A DNA stretch of 64,000 nucleotides from an uncultured Clostridia bacterium (GCA_944392545.1 CALXWW010000001.1:153210-217209), one strand, 5' to 3'. Shown: positions 45,957 through 55,881, counted from the stretch's first letter. Numbers and translations are program-made. Notes: generated by a model not told the origin, from the sequence alone.

Positions 45957-46099
45957 ATGAAATTTCAATTAATTTTAATCATATTATTTTATATTATTTA
46001 GTAGTTTTTTTGGAATTAATATCAAAATAATTTTAATCTTTAAATATTCAAAAAATAATTAATTTAATTAAATAAAAATATTAATAGAAATATATTTAA

Positions 46100-46723
46100 T
46101 TATTTATTTCTATTAATTACTTATGGGAGGAGGAATATATAATAAAAATAAATAAAAAAAATAATATTAATTCTAGCCAGGAATGGTTAAAAATAGAAAG
46201 AATATTAGAAAACGGAATAATCAAAACAAAAGATAATAGATATTTAAAAATAATTAAAATAAATCCTATTAATTTTAACTTAAAATCAGATTTAGAAAAA
46301 GAAGCCATTTTAAATTCATATAAAATTTTTTTAAAGACATGTGACTTTAATTTTCAAATATTAATACAAAGCAATAAAGTAGATTTATCCAATCATTTTT
46401 CTCAAATAAATAATAATTTAATTCAGGAAGAAAAAAATATTCAAGAAATATCAAAAAAATATATAGAAAAAATAAAAGAATTAAATAATAATAAAAAATC
46501 ATCATCAAAAAATTATTATATAATTTTAGAATATATTAATAAAAATAACGAAATTATAGATATTGAAGCTAACTCAATAGAAAATTTAAATAATAAATAT
46601 TTTAAAATAAAAGATGGATTATCAAGATGCGGAAATCTTGCTATAGATATAAACGATAAAAGACAAATAAAGAATATATTATTTTCTTTTTTTAATACAA
46701 GAATTTATACTAATAATAAGTAA
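46100..46723 (+). CDS. VirB4/TcpF-family conjugation ATPase, N-terminal domain fragment (ORF lacks ATG/GTG/TTG)
   Basis: The open frame from 46100 translates ...SSQEWLKIERILENGIIKTKDNRYLKIIKINPINFNLKSDLEKEAILNSYKIFLKTCDFNFQILIQS...LSRCGNLAIDINDKRQIKNILFSFFN. This is the N-terminal pattern of Gram-positive VirB4 proteins (Tn916 Orf16 / TcpF-like). GGGAGGAGG sits at 46125-46133, but the only in-frame codons after it are ATA/ATT. The ORF contains no Met at all. Confidence 0.55.
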   Translation, partial: LFISINYLWEEEYIIKINKKNNINSSQEWLKIERILENGIIKTKDNRYLKIIKINPINFNLKSDLEKEAILNSYKIFLKTCDFNFQILIQSNKVDLSNHFSQINNNLIQEEKNIQEISKKYIEKIKELNNNKKSSSKNYYIILEYINKNNEIIDIEANSIENLNNKYFKIKDGLSRCGNLAIDINDKRQIKNILFSFFNTRIYTNNK

Positions 46724-46810
46724 ATAATAATAAAAAATAATTAATTGAAATAATAATAAAGGATATTTTAAATTAAAATATTTTTAAAAATTTTAGAAAG
46801 GAAAAATATA

Positions 46811-48658
46811 ATGGAAAATATTTTTAAATTAAAAATAAAAAATAAAAAAAACAATAAAGAAAAATTAAAATTTTTAGAAGGTACATTTTTAGATGAAGAT
46901 TTTTTAGCGCCATCATATATTGATTTATCTAATCCAAAATATATTCAAATAGATAATAACTATTTTTCATCAATATTAATAGTAAATTATTTTAGAGAGC
47001 AAAATGAATTACTTTTAAAAACTTTAATAGATACAAATATGAATATAAATATCTCAATTTTTTATGAAAAACAAGATAATTATAAAGCGATAAGAGAACT
47101 TACATACCATATAGGAAATGTAGGTGCTGATTTAAAAAGTAGCAATCAGAATAGACAGGATATAGATATAGCAGCTTTTACATATAATGATGCAAAATAT
47201 ATTAGAAAAGAATTACAAATAAATAATGAAGATTTATATTATTTATATATTTATGTATGTATATATTCTCAAGATTTAAATGAAATAGAAAATATTTTAA
47301 ATAAAATAGAAGGGATAATAGAAAGTAAAGGATTGCACGCAAGAAGAGCATATTTTAGACAAGAACAAACATACAGGGCTTGTTTACCTTTGATGGAGAA
47401 TAATAAATTATTAAAGGAAGTGGCAAAACGAAACGTATTAACCAGTGGAATTGTATGTACATACCCATTTATATCCTCAGCTATTTTTGATGATACAGGA
47501 ATATTTATTGGAATAAATATATATAATAATTCTTTAATATTTGTTGATAGATATAACACTCAAAAATATAAAAATGCAAATATGTGCATTTTTGGAACTT
47601 CAGGTGCTGGAAAATCTTTTTATACAAAATTGTTAATTTTAAGATATAGAATACTAGGAATAGAACAATATATAATAGATCCAGAAAGAGAATATAATAA
47701 TTTATGTGAAAATTTAAATGGAACACTTTTAAAAATAGGACCTGGTTCAGACACATATATAAATGTATTTGATATAAGAAAAGAAAGTATAGAAGATAAT
47801 GAACAAGGATATTTAGCAAATAAAATTAGTAAGTTAATAGGTTTTTTTAATCTTATATTTGGAAAAATAAATGAAGAAGAAAAAGCAATTTTGGAAGAAA
47901 AATTAATAGAATTATATGCTACAAAATATATTACTTTCGATGATAAAAGTTTATACAAAGAAAATAATTTAGAAAAAGGAATAAATAATATTATTTTTAA
48001 AGAAAGTACAGATATGCCAATTTTACAAGACTTTTATAATATATTAGACAAAGATGAAAGAACAAAAATATTTAAAACAAAATTAATTCCTTTTATAAGA
48101 GGTTCTTTAAAATTTTTTAATAATTATACAAATGTAGAATTAAATAATAAATTAATTGTTGCAGACGTATATGAATTAGGAGAAGAAAATTTAAAATACG
48201 GAATGTATTTATTTACAGAACTATTTTGGGACAAAATAAAGAAGGACAGAAAAATAAAAAAAGCAATATATTTAGATGAAATATGGAGATTAATAGGTGT
48301 TACTTCTAACAAAGATGTTGCTAGTTTCATATATAAAATATTTAAAACTATTAGAAAATATGGAGGAAGTGGAGTTGCGGTTACTCAGGACATATCAGAT
48401 ATTTTTAGTTTAGAAGATGGAGTATATGGAAAAAGTATTTTAAATAATTCTAGCATAAAAACATTTTTTTCTTTAGAAGAAGAGAATATAAAAATATTAG
48501 AAAAATTTACTAATTTATCAGAAAAAGAAAAAATAGAAATAAAGTCTTTAAAAAGGGGAGAATGCCTAACATTTATAGGAGATGAACATATATTAAATAA
48601 AATATATGCAGCAGATTTTGAAAAAGAAATTATAGAAAATAAAATTAATTTTAATTAA
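46811..48658 (+). CDS. VirB4/CagE/TrbE-family type IV secretion ATPase (C-terminal 615 aa)
   Basis: Walker A FGTSGAGKSFYTKLL, the DPEREY motif (VirB4 D-P-x-G-E-Y), Walker B KAIYLDEIWRLIG and VAVTQDISDIF. Confidence 0.8.
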   Translation: MENIFKLKIKNKKNNKEKLKFLEGTFLDEDFLAPSYIDLSNPKYIQIDNNYFSSILIVNYFREQNELLLKTLIDTNMNINISIFYEKQDNYKAIRELTYHIGNVGADLKSSNQNRQDIDIAAFTYNDAKYIRKELQINNEDLYYLYIYVCIYSQDLNEIENILNKIEGIIESKGLHARRAYFRQEQTYRACLPLMENNKLLKEVAKRNVLTSGIVCTYPFISSAIFDDTGIFIGINIYNNSLIFVDRYNTQKYKNANMCIFGTSGAGKSFYTKLLILRYRILGIEQYIIDPEREYNNLCENLNGTLLKIGPGSDTYINVFDIRKESIEDNEQGYLANKISKLIGFFNLIFGKINEEEKAILEEKLIELYATKYITFDDKSLYKENNLEKGINNIIFKESTDMPILQDFYNILDKDERTKIFKTKLIPFIRGSLKFFNNYTNVELNNKLIVADVYELGEENLKYGMYLFTELFWDKIKKDRKIKKAIYLDEIWRLIGVTSNKDVASFIYKIFKTIRKYGGSGVAVTQDISDIFSLEDGVYGKSILNNSSIKTFFSLEEENIKILEKFTNLSEKEKIEIKSLKRGECLTFIGDEHILNKIYAADFEKEIIENKINFN

Positions 48659-48676
48659 AAATAAAAAGGAATAAAT

Positions 48677-50005
48677 ATGAAGAAAATAATAACTGCTATC
48701 GGAAATGAATTTATAAATAATGAATTAAAAAAAGAAAAAAATTTAAATGTTATTTTAAATGATATCCAATATAAAGAAGGAATAGTCGAGAGTTTGGAGA
48801 AAGAAAATGAAGTTGATTATATAATAATAAATAGTGTATTACAAGGTGAGACAAAAATAGAAGATTTAATAAAACAAATTTATATAATTAATAAATATAT
48901 TAAAATAATAATTATTATAGAAAATAATGAAAAAGAAATAGAAAAATATTTAAATTATAAAAATATATATAAAATTATTTATTTAGACAAAGACGATAAA
49001 GTTAATATGCAAAAAATAATAGAAATAATAAGTAATGATCATGAAAATAATAAAATAATTAATATAAAAAAAGAAGAAAAAAATAAAGAGAATAAAAAAG
49101 AAAGTAAAAAAATTAAAGGAGAAAGAAATAACACAAACATAGTATTAATAAAAAGAATAGCAAAAAATATAATAAATAATTATTTAATAAAACAATTGAG
49201 TTCAAAAAAAATTAAATTTAATTCAAAAAAATCATTGAAAAATAAAATAAAGAATAAAAGCATTTGCATAACAGGGCCACCAGGAGTTGGAAAAACAATT
49301 ATATCCATAAATTTAGCTAAAATAAATATTTATAAAAATGATAAGATTTTAATTATTAATTCAGACTTTTTTAATAATTCTATTAACACAATTTTAGGTC
49401 TTAGGAATATATCAAGAAATATAAATATAGAAAAAAAGTGTAAAGAAAATAATGAATATTTAAAAAATAATTTTGATAACATTTTTGAATGTTTTAATAT
49501 AATTAAAATTAATAAAAAAATAGATTTATTAATTTTAAAAAAAGAAAAAACAAAAGAAAATATTGAAAATATGTTTTTAAATAAAATAATTGAAAATATT
49601 AATTTTTTAAAAGATATTTATGAAATTATAATAATTGATACTAATTATAATGAAAAATCAAATAATTTAAAGAATATAACAGAGATATGCGATTTTTGTT
49701 TATTTATTTCTGATACTAATTTACTAGAAATAAACCAATCGATAAAATTACTAGATATATTTATAAATAAATTAAATATTAAAATTAATAATATAAAAAT
49801 AATGTTTAATAAATATAATTCTGAATCAATTAGTTTTAACTTATTAAAAAATATATTTAGCGAATTTGAGGTAATAGGAAAATTAAATTATAGAAAAATA
49901 TATAATAAATTGATTAATAAAAATAATAAATATAGTTTGTTAGATAAAAAACTAAAGAAAGAATATATAAATATTAATAATAAAATAAACAATATAAAAA
50001 AATAA
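48677..50005 (+). CDS. P-loop NTPase with N-terminal receiver-like (pseudo-receiver) domain, CpaE/TadZ- or ParA/FlhF-like
   Basis: N-terminal MKKIITAIGNEFINN...VDYIIINSVLQGE alternating beta/alpha pattern with no phospho-Asp context. The C-terminal ITGPPGVGKTIISINLAKI P-loop and IIIDTNYN. Extremely Asn/Lys/Ile-rich. Confidence 0.45.
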   Translation: MKKIITAIGNEFINNELKKEKNLNVILNDIQYKEGIVESLEKENEVDYIIINSVLQGETKIEDLIKQIYIINKYIKIIIIIENNEKEIEKYLNYKNIYKIIYLDKDDKVNMQKIIEIISNDHENNKIINIKKEEKNKENKKESKKIKGERNNTNIVLIKRIAKNIINNYLIKQLSSKKIKFNSKKSLKNKIKNKSICITGPPGVGKTIISINLAKINIYKNDKILIINSDFFNNSINTILGLRNISRNINIEKKCKENNEYLKNNFDNIFECFNIIKINKKIDLLILKKEKTKENIENMFLNKIIENINFLKDIYEIIIIDTNYNEKSNNLKNITEICDFCLFISDTNLLEINQSIKLLDIFINKLNIKINNIKIMFNKYNSESISFNLLKNIFSEFEVIGKLNYRKIYNKLINKNNKYSLLDKKLKKEYININNKINNIKK

Positions 50006-50039
50006 ACAATATAAAAAAATAAACAATATAAAAAAATAA
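49986..50039 (+). repeat. Three tandem copies of an 18-bp unit (aataaacaatataaaaaa)
   Basis: Direct tandem repeat spanning the stop of the P-loop NTPase gene and the RBS of the next ORF. Confidence 0.6.
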
Positions 50040-50053
50040 AAAGGAGAAAAGTT

Positions 50054-50773
50054 ATGGAATTAGAAAAAAATATTGATTTAAAAAATAATTTAAATGAAGA
50101 AAATATTGTACAAGAACAGAATAATTTTTTACAATCTAATATAGGTAAAACGGTTAATTCTGCTTTAGACATAGGACTTCGAATGGTTCTTCCAGATTTT
50201 ATAGAAGATGGTATAGTAGAAATAAAAGATGCTTTTTTCCAAGGAGGATTTAAAGAGGGAATAGATACAGCGATAGATAATGCAATAAATCTGGGAAAAA
50301 GTGTTATGGGAATATTTACTGGAGACTTTGATAGTATTTCTCAAGCGAGAGACGCTGTAAAAAATGGAGGAATAATAGATGGAATTTCAAACGTATTGGA
50401 TAAAGTATTAGACAAGACAGAATCGTCAGGGTTAATAAGTGGCAATATAGCAAATATAATTAGTAGTGGTAAAGATGCAATATTAAATAGTGTGAGCAAC
50501 AGAATAGAAAATGAATTCACAAACCAAATAAGTGGAGTGGAAAATTTAGAAAGATATGAAAATGACTGGAAAGAATATTTTAATAAACGAGATTTTGATG
50601 GAATGCAGAGAGAATATGAAAAAATACAAGAAAAATTAGAAGAATTAATGCCTTTGGAAAATACAATAAAAAAAGCACGTATTATAGAAAATTTACATAC
50701 TTTAATAAAAAATAATAATCATGATTTTAATTTAACAGATGAACAGAGAGAGTTGGCCAATTTATTAACATAA
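50054..50773 (+). CDS. Hypothetical protein (239 aa), compositionally distinct from neighbours
   Basis: Gly/Asp/Ser-rich soluble protein, visibly less AT-biased than the two upstream genes. No recognisable motif. Confidence 0.45.
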   Translation: MELEKNIDLKNNLNEENIVQEQNNFLQSNIGKTVNSALDIGLRMVLPDFIEDGIVEIKDAFFQGGFKEGIDTAIDNAINLGKSVMGIFTGDFDSISQARDAVKNGGIIDGISNVLDKVLDKTESSGLISGNIANIISSGKDAILNSVSNRIENEFTNQISGVENLERYENDWKEYFNKRDFDGMQREYEKIQEKLEELMPLENTIKKARIIENLHTLIKNNNHDFNLTDEQRELANLLT

Positions 50774-50892
50774 ATATAAAAATTATTAAACAAAGACTAA
50801 TAAAATAAATTTAAATATTAAAAAATTTTTAATATTAAAACATTAAAATTAGGAATAAGAAACAGTAAAAAAATATTAAAAAGTTTTTTTGG

Positions 50893-50930
50893 AAAAAAGG
50901 CTATTTTTTCAAAAAGAATTAGCCTTTTTT
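50893..50930 (+). terminator. Terminator preceding gyrA
   Basis: aaaaaaggcta ... tagcctttttt 11-bp stem. Confidence 0.5.
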
Positions 50931-50932
50931 AC

Positions 50933-50962
50933 TTGCAAATTTTGCTGTATTTATAGTATAAT
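50933..50962 (+). promoter_or_regulatory. gyrA promoter
   Basis: TTGCAA, an 18-nt spacer, then TATAAT. Confidence 0.5.
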
Positions 50963-51008
50963 ACAAGAGTAGTTATTGTAACATTTTTGAAAGGACGGAA
51001 TAAATAAA

Positions 51009-53447
51009 ATGGAAGAAAATGAAGGAAAAATTATCGAAAGAAATATTGAAACAGAAATGAAAACATCATATATTGATTATGCTATGAGTGTTATTGTTTC
51101 TCGTGCACTTCCAGATGTAAGAGATGGTTTAAAACCAGTACATAGAAGAATTCTATATGCTATGTATGAAGATGGAATAACTTCTGACAAACCTTACAGA
51201 AAAAGTGCCAATACAGTAGGTTCAGTTTTAGGAAGATATCATCCACATGGAGATTCATCAGTTTATGATGCAATGGTAAGAATGGCACAAGATTTCTCTA
51301 TGAGATATCCACTAATTGATGGACATGGAAACTTTGGTTCTGTTGATGGAGATGCGCCAGCAGCTATGAGGTATACAGAAGCAAGAATGTCAAAGATAGC
51401 AGAGACAATGCTTACAGACATAGAAAAGAATACAGTTGATTTTATGCCTAACTATGATGATAGATTACAAGAACCAACAGTTTTACCAGCTAAAATACCT
51501 ACACTTTTAATAAATGGTTCTTCAGGAATTGCCGTAGGTATGGCAACAAATATTCCACCACATAATTTGACAGAAGTTATAAATGGAATAGTTAAGATAA
51601 TTGATGATGATAATGTTACAGATGAACAATTAATGAGCATTATAAAAGGACCAGATTTCCCTACAGAAGGATTAATTTTGGGAAGAGATGGAATAAAAGA
51701 AGCATATACAACAGGTAAAGGTAAGATAACAATGAGAGCAGAGGCAGAAATAGAAGAAATGAGTGGAAACAAACAAAGAATCATTGTTAGATCTTTACCA
51801 TACCAAGTAAATAAAGCAAAATTAATCGAAAATATTGCAAACTTAGTAAAAGAAAAAAGGATAGAAGGAATTTCAGAAGTAAGAGATGAATCAGATAGAG
51901 AAGAAAAGGTAAGAATAGTCGTAGAACTAAAAAGAGACGTAAATGCTCAAGTAATATTAAATCAATTATTTAAATATACACAAATGCAAGATACTTTTGG
52001 AGTTATAATGTTAGCATTGGTTAATGGAGAACCAAAGATATTAACTTTGAGACAATGCTTAGAGTATTATATAGACCACAGAAAAGCAGTAATTCTTCGT
52101 AGGACACAATTTGATTTAGATAAAGCATTAGCAAGAGCTCATATATTAGAGGGATTAAAAATTGCATTAGATAATATAGATGAGGTAATTGAAATAATCA
52201 GAAATTCTTATGATGATGCAAAAGAAAGATTAATGGAAAGATTTGGACTTTCAGACATACAAGCACAAGCTATTCTAGATATGAGATTAAAAACTTTATC
52301 AGGATTACAACGTGAAAAAATAGAAGAAGAATATGCAGAATTAATGAAATTAATTGAGCATTTAAGAGCAATACTTGCAAGTGATAAGCTTGTATATGAC
52401 ATTATAAAAGAAGAACTATTAGAAATAAAAGATAAATACGGAGACGAGAGAAAGACAAAAATAGTTGCAGCTGAAGGAGAGTTCGACGTAGAAGATTTAA
52501 TAAAAGAAGAACAATGTGTTGTTGCACTAACTCATTTTGGTTATGTAAAGAGAATGCCAATAGATACATATAAAAGCCAAAAAAGAGGAGGAAAAGGAAT
52601 AACGGGAATTGCTACTAGAGAAGAGGACTTTGTAAAAGAAATATTTACATGTTCTACACATGATACAATACTATTCTTTAGCAACAAAGGAAAAGTATAT
52701 AGATTAAGAGGATATGAAATACCAGAAGCAGGAAGAACTGCTAAAGGTACTGCAATAGTAAATCTTTTAATGCTAGATGGAGGAGAAAAGATATCTGCAG
52801 TTATACCTATTGCAACTTTTGCAGAAGGCAAATATCTATTAATGGCTACAAAAAATGGAATAATTAAAAAGACATCGCTTAATGAATACATGTCTGTAAG
52901 AAAAAGTGGATTAATAGGAATAACTTTAAAAGATGAGGATGAACTTATAGATGTAAGACTTACTGATGGTGAAGACAATGTAGTACTTGTAACACATAAA
53001 GGAATGTGTATAACATTTGATGAAAAAGACGTAAGACCTATGGGAAGAGTATCACAAGGAGTTATTGGTATTAGATTAGATGACGAAGATTATGTTATAG
53101 GGATGGAATCAATAATTCAGGGAAGTAAGGCAACTCTTTTGGCAATAACAGAGAACGGATTCGGAAAAAGAACAGAGCTTGATGAATATAGAGTTCAAAC
53201 AAGAGGAGGAAAAGGTGTAATAACATATAAAGTAACACCTAAAACAGGAAATTTAGTTGGAATAAGAATTACTACAGATGACGAAGACGTAATGTTGATT
53301 ACTGATACAGGAACAATAATTAGACTTAAAGTTTCAGATATAAGTGTATTGGGACGTTCTACTCAAGGTGTAACTTTAATGAGAACTAATGAAGGAAAAG
53401 TAGTTAGTATAGAAACAATTCCTATGGAAGAAAAGGAAGAAGAATAG
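51009..53447 (+). CDS. gyrA: DNA gyrase subunit A
   Basis: Active-site region [10 protein letters not shown] (catalytic Tyr), QRDR-like region [20 protein letters not shown], and C-terminal beta-pinwheel repeats. Confidence 0.95.
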   Translation: MEENEGKIIERNIETEMKTSYIDYAMSVIVSRALPDVRDGLKPVHRRILYAMYEDGITSDKPYRKSANTVGSVLGRYHPHGDSSVYDAMVRMAQDFSMRYPLIDGHGNFGSVDGDAPAAMRYTEARMSKIAETMLTDIEKNTVDFMPNYDDRLQEPTVLPAKIPTLLINGSSGIAVGMATNIPPHNLTEVINGIVKIIDDDNVTDEQLMSIIKGPDFPTEGLILGRDGIKEAYTTGKGKITMRAEAEIEEMSGNKQRIIVRSLPYQVNKAKLIENIANLVKEKRIEGISEVRDESDREEKVRIVVELKRDVNAQVILNQLFKYTQMQDTFGVIMLALVNGEPKILTLRQCLEYYIDHRKAVILRRTQFDLDKALARAHILEGLKIALDNIDEVIEIIRNSYDDAKERLMERFGLSDIQAQAILDMRLKTLSGLQREKIEEEYAELMKLIEHLRAILASDKLVYDIIKEELLEIKDKYGDERKTKIVAAEGEFDVEDLIKEEQCVVALTHFGYVKRMPIDTYKSQKRGGKGITGIATREEDFVKEIFTCSTHDTILFFSNKGKVYRLRGYEIPEAGRTAKGTAIVNLLMLDGGEKISAVIPIATFAEGKYLLMATKNGIIKKTSLNEYMSVRKSGLIGITLKDEDELIDVRLTDGEDNVVLVTHKGMCITFDEKDVRPMGRVSQGVIGIRLDDEDYVIGMESIIQGSKATLLAITENGFGKRTELDEYRVQTRGGKGVITYKVTPKTGNLVGIRITTDDEDVMLITDTGTIIRLKVSDISVLGRSTQGVTLMRTNEGKVVSIETIPMEEKEEE

Positions 53448-53450
53448 GAA

Positions 53451-53702
53451 GTGAAAATATTGGACGAAAACTTACATTATTTAAACGTTTTAATTGAATT
53501 AACATTGTATAAAAAAATAAAAATTTTATCAGAAGGAACTGAAATAAAAGATATAAATGCAAAAAGAAGAGAAATGATAGAAGAGTTTTGGAATGAATTA
53601 CCAGCAACATATAGAGTTGAAAATTATAAGCAAATAACATTAGATAAATTAAATAAAATGTTAGAAGCAGATAAAAAGAGAGATGAAGAACAAGAAAGAT
53701 AG
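53451..53702 (+). CDS. Small hypothetical protein
   Basis: 83 aa Lys/Glu-rich ORF, 3 nt after gyrA. Confidence 0.35.
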   Translation: MKILDENLHYLNVLIELTLYKKIKILSEGTEIKDINAKRREMIEEFWNELPATYRVENYKQITLDKLNKMLEADKKRDEEQER

Positions 53703-53750
53703 AAAAAGACTATTTACTTTTATTTTAATATAAAAGTAAATAGTCTTTTT
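53703..53750. terminator. Bidirectional terminator between gyrA operon and convergent dnaI
   Basis: aagactatttactttt ... aaaagtaaatagtctt perfect palindrome with flanking T/A runs. Confidence 0.6.
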
Positions 53751-53759
53751 ACTTCTTTA

Positions 53760-54755
53760 TTACACACGCTTAAATCTAATATCTTCTCCAAAGAAATAGC
53801 AAATATCATAATTTCCAATAAATCTTGAAACAATTCGCTCATCATAGTTAGAATATAGATTGCGTAAATTTAAATTGGTAGAAATTATCGTTTTAGTAAC
53901 TTTATTTTGATTTAATAATCTTGTATTAATTATATTAAAAAGTTCTGAAGATTTAAGATTATTAGGATTTTCTGTACCTAGATCATCTATTATTAATAAA
54001 TCAACATTAAGTATAGATTTTAATATATTTGAATCATTTGTTTTTCCAAATCTATAATCTATAATTGAATCTAGCATAACTGAAGCTGTTTGATAAAGAA
54101 CATTTTTACCTTTTTTTAACATTTCGTTTGCTATAGCACTAGATAAAAAAGTTTTTCCAAGTCCAGTATTTCCAATAAACAATAGATTTTTCTGATTTTT
54201 ATCATTAAAATTGTCTATAAATTTAAAACAAATATCTTTAATTTGATTAATATTTTCTCTAGGAGACAGTTTAGTATTATATTTAGCCTCATCTGGTTTA
54301 TCAGAATATAATAAATCGGAGAAATTATTAAAATTTTGTGTATCTAAATTAGAAATATTAGATTTATTATATTGCTCATTATATAATTTCTGTTTCAAAC
54401 AGTTACACATAGAAACAGAGTAATCACTATTTGTTATATATCCAGTATCCTTACAAAAAGAACATTCATAATGTGGTCTAAAATAATCTTCAGCGATATT
54501 AAGTTTTTCTAATATTTTCTTTTTTTCTTCTTTTAATTTATTTATATTATTATTAAGTTCTTGTAATAAATTTTTATCATTATTTGAAATTAAAGATTTT
54601 GCAGTGGATATTGCAAGAGAGCTTAATTTATCATCTATATTTTGAAGCCTTGGATATTTTTTGTATAATTCATTTTTTCTATTTTGTGCAGCATACTCTT
54701 CCTGAACTCTTTTTTTATCATATTGTGCTAATATGTTTTTTAAAACTATGTCCAC
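53760..54755 (-). CDS. dnaI: Helicase loader DnaI/DnaC-like (IstB-type AAA+) with N-terminal zinc module
   Basis: Walker A LLFIGNTGLGKTFLSSAIANEML, Walker B DLLIIDDLGTE, N-terminal CSFCKDTGYI...CNCLKQK. Confidence 0.75.
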   Translation of the reverse strand: MDIVLKNILAQYDKKRVQEEYAAQNRKNELYKKYPRLQNIDDKLSSLAISTAKSLISNNDKNLLQELNNNINKLKEEKKKILEKLNIAEDYFRPHYECSFCKDTGYITNSDYSVSMCNCLKQKLYNEQYNKSNISNLDTQNFNNFSDLLYSDKPDEAKYNTKLSPRENINQIKDICFKFIDNFNDKNQKNLLFIGNTGLGKTFLSSAIANEMLKKGKNVLYQTASVMLDSIIDYRFGKTNDSNILKSILNVDLLIIDDLGTENPNNLKSSELFNIINTRLLNQNKVTKTIISTNLNLRNLYSNYDERIVSRFIGNYDICYFFGEDIRFKRV

Positions 54756-54775
54756 TAATGCACCTCCAAATTAAG

Positions 54776-55744
54776 TTATTTCTTTAAGTTTGCATATAAA
54801 TTATCTAAATTGTCATAAGTTCTTTGTTCATACTTATTATACCCTGTAGTTTTTTCTAATTGTTTAACATTTTTATTCTTTTCTTTCATTTCTGTTAAGA
54901 AAGCTTGAATATCATTAGTATTTTTAAATCCTCTATCGTGCCAATCACTTAATAATTTATCTAAATAGTCAAAGTTTGGATTTGCTTTAGAAGTAGTTTT
55001 TTTAAGAGCTATTTCTATAATATCTAAAGAATATCCATAATCTATAACCCATTTTTCTATATATGCATATTCATATTGAGTAAGACTACGAGATAATCCT
55101 AACTTTTTTGATATTGTTTTAGCAATGATTTTTAGTTTTTCTTGTTTTTCATAATATAAATCCAAATCATTAAAATTTTTAATATTATTCTTATTCCAAG
55201 CTTCAGCAACTGCTTGAACATAATTTTTATGAAGAGCTGACATATCAAAACAATATCCAAATAAAGCAATCATAACTTCTTCATCAAAGCCATATTTTTT
55301 AAACCACAACTCAATTTCAGGGTACCAAGTAGTAGGCATAAGTCCTGAAAAATACTTATTATTAATGAAATCAATTGCTTTAGCTCTCTTTTGATTCTCA
55401 GCAGATTTTTGTAATTGTTCAGCAGATAGAGCTGTTTTAGGCTTATATAATTTATGTAGTTCTATTTCTTGAATACTATTAACAATATACCCTGTATTTT
55501 TTTTGGTAATCAAACATTTTTCTTCCCAATATTTAACTGCATCTTGAATGGATTTTACAGGTAATACTAGTTTTTTTGATAAGTCGTTTATCTTTATATC
55601 TTTATCATACTTTGATAAAAATAACATATATAAATATACTTTTATGAAGTCACCACTAGCTTCAGACAAATATTCCGAAAAAAATATGTCTGGTATCAAT
55701 GTGTTTGAAAATAATGAAGATAAGTCTGAATTTTCTAATTTCAT
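54776..55744 (-). CDS. DnaD-domain replication initiation / membrane attachment protein (DnaB/DnaD-like)
   Basis: N-terminal winged-helix-like region (FIKVYLYMLFLSKYDKDIKINDLSKKLVLPVKSIQDAVKYWEEKCLI) and a C-terminal DnaD-like repeat. Adjacent to dnaI, as in the Firmicute primosome operon. Confidence 0.65.
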   Translation of the reverse strand: MKLENSDLSSLFSNTLIPDIFFSEYLSEASGDFIKVYLYMLFLSKYDKDIKINDLSKKLVLPVKSIQDAVKYWEEKCLITKKNTGYIVNSIQEIELHKLYKPKTALSAEQLQKSAENQKRAKAIDFINNKYFSGLMPTTWYPEIELWFKKYGFDEEVMIALFGYCFDMSALHKNYVQAVAEAWNKNNIKNFNDLDLYYEKQEKLKIIAKTISKKLGLSRSLTQYEYAYIEKWVIDYGYSLDIIEIALKKTTSKANPNFDYLDKLLSDWHDRGFKNTNDIQAFLTEMKEKNKNVKQLEKTTGYNKYEQRTYDNLDNLYANLKK

Positions 55745-55881
55745 AAGTAATTCCTCCTTTTAAAAGTATGAATAGAATTATATCATTTTATATTTAAAAA
55801 TACAATTAGAAAAATTGTAAAATACTACAGAAAATAGTAGTATAAAGTAGAAAAACGGTGAAAAATAGGTTTTATTAAGAT

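Noticed and set aside
46123-46155. Short ATG ORF MGGGIYNKNK* overlapping the VirB4-N ORF as a possible programmed +1 frameshift start
   Set aside because: The stop lies before the A8 run, and no cognate slippery codon pair is evident. I cannot support recoding from sequence alone, so I kept it as a note inside the VirB4-N finding.
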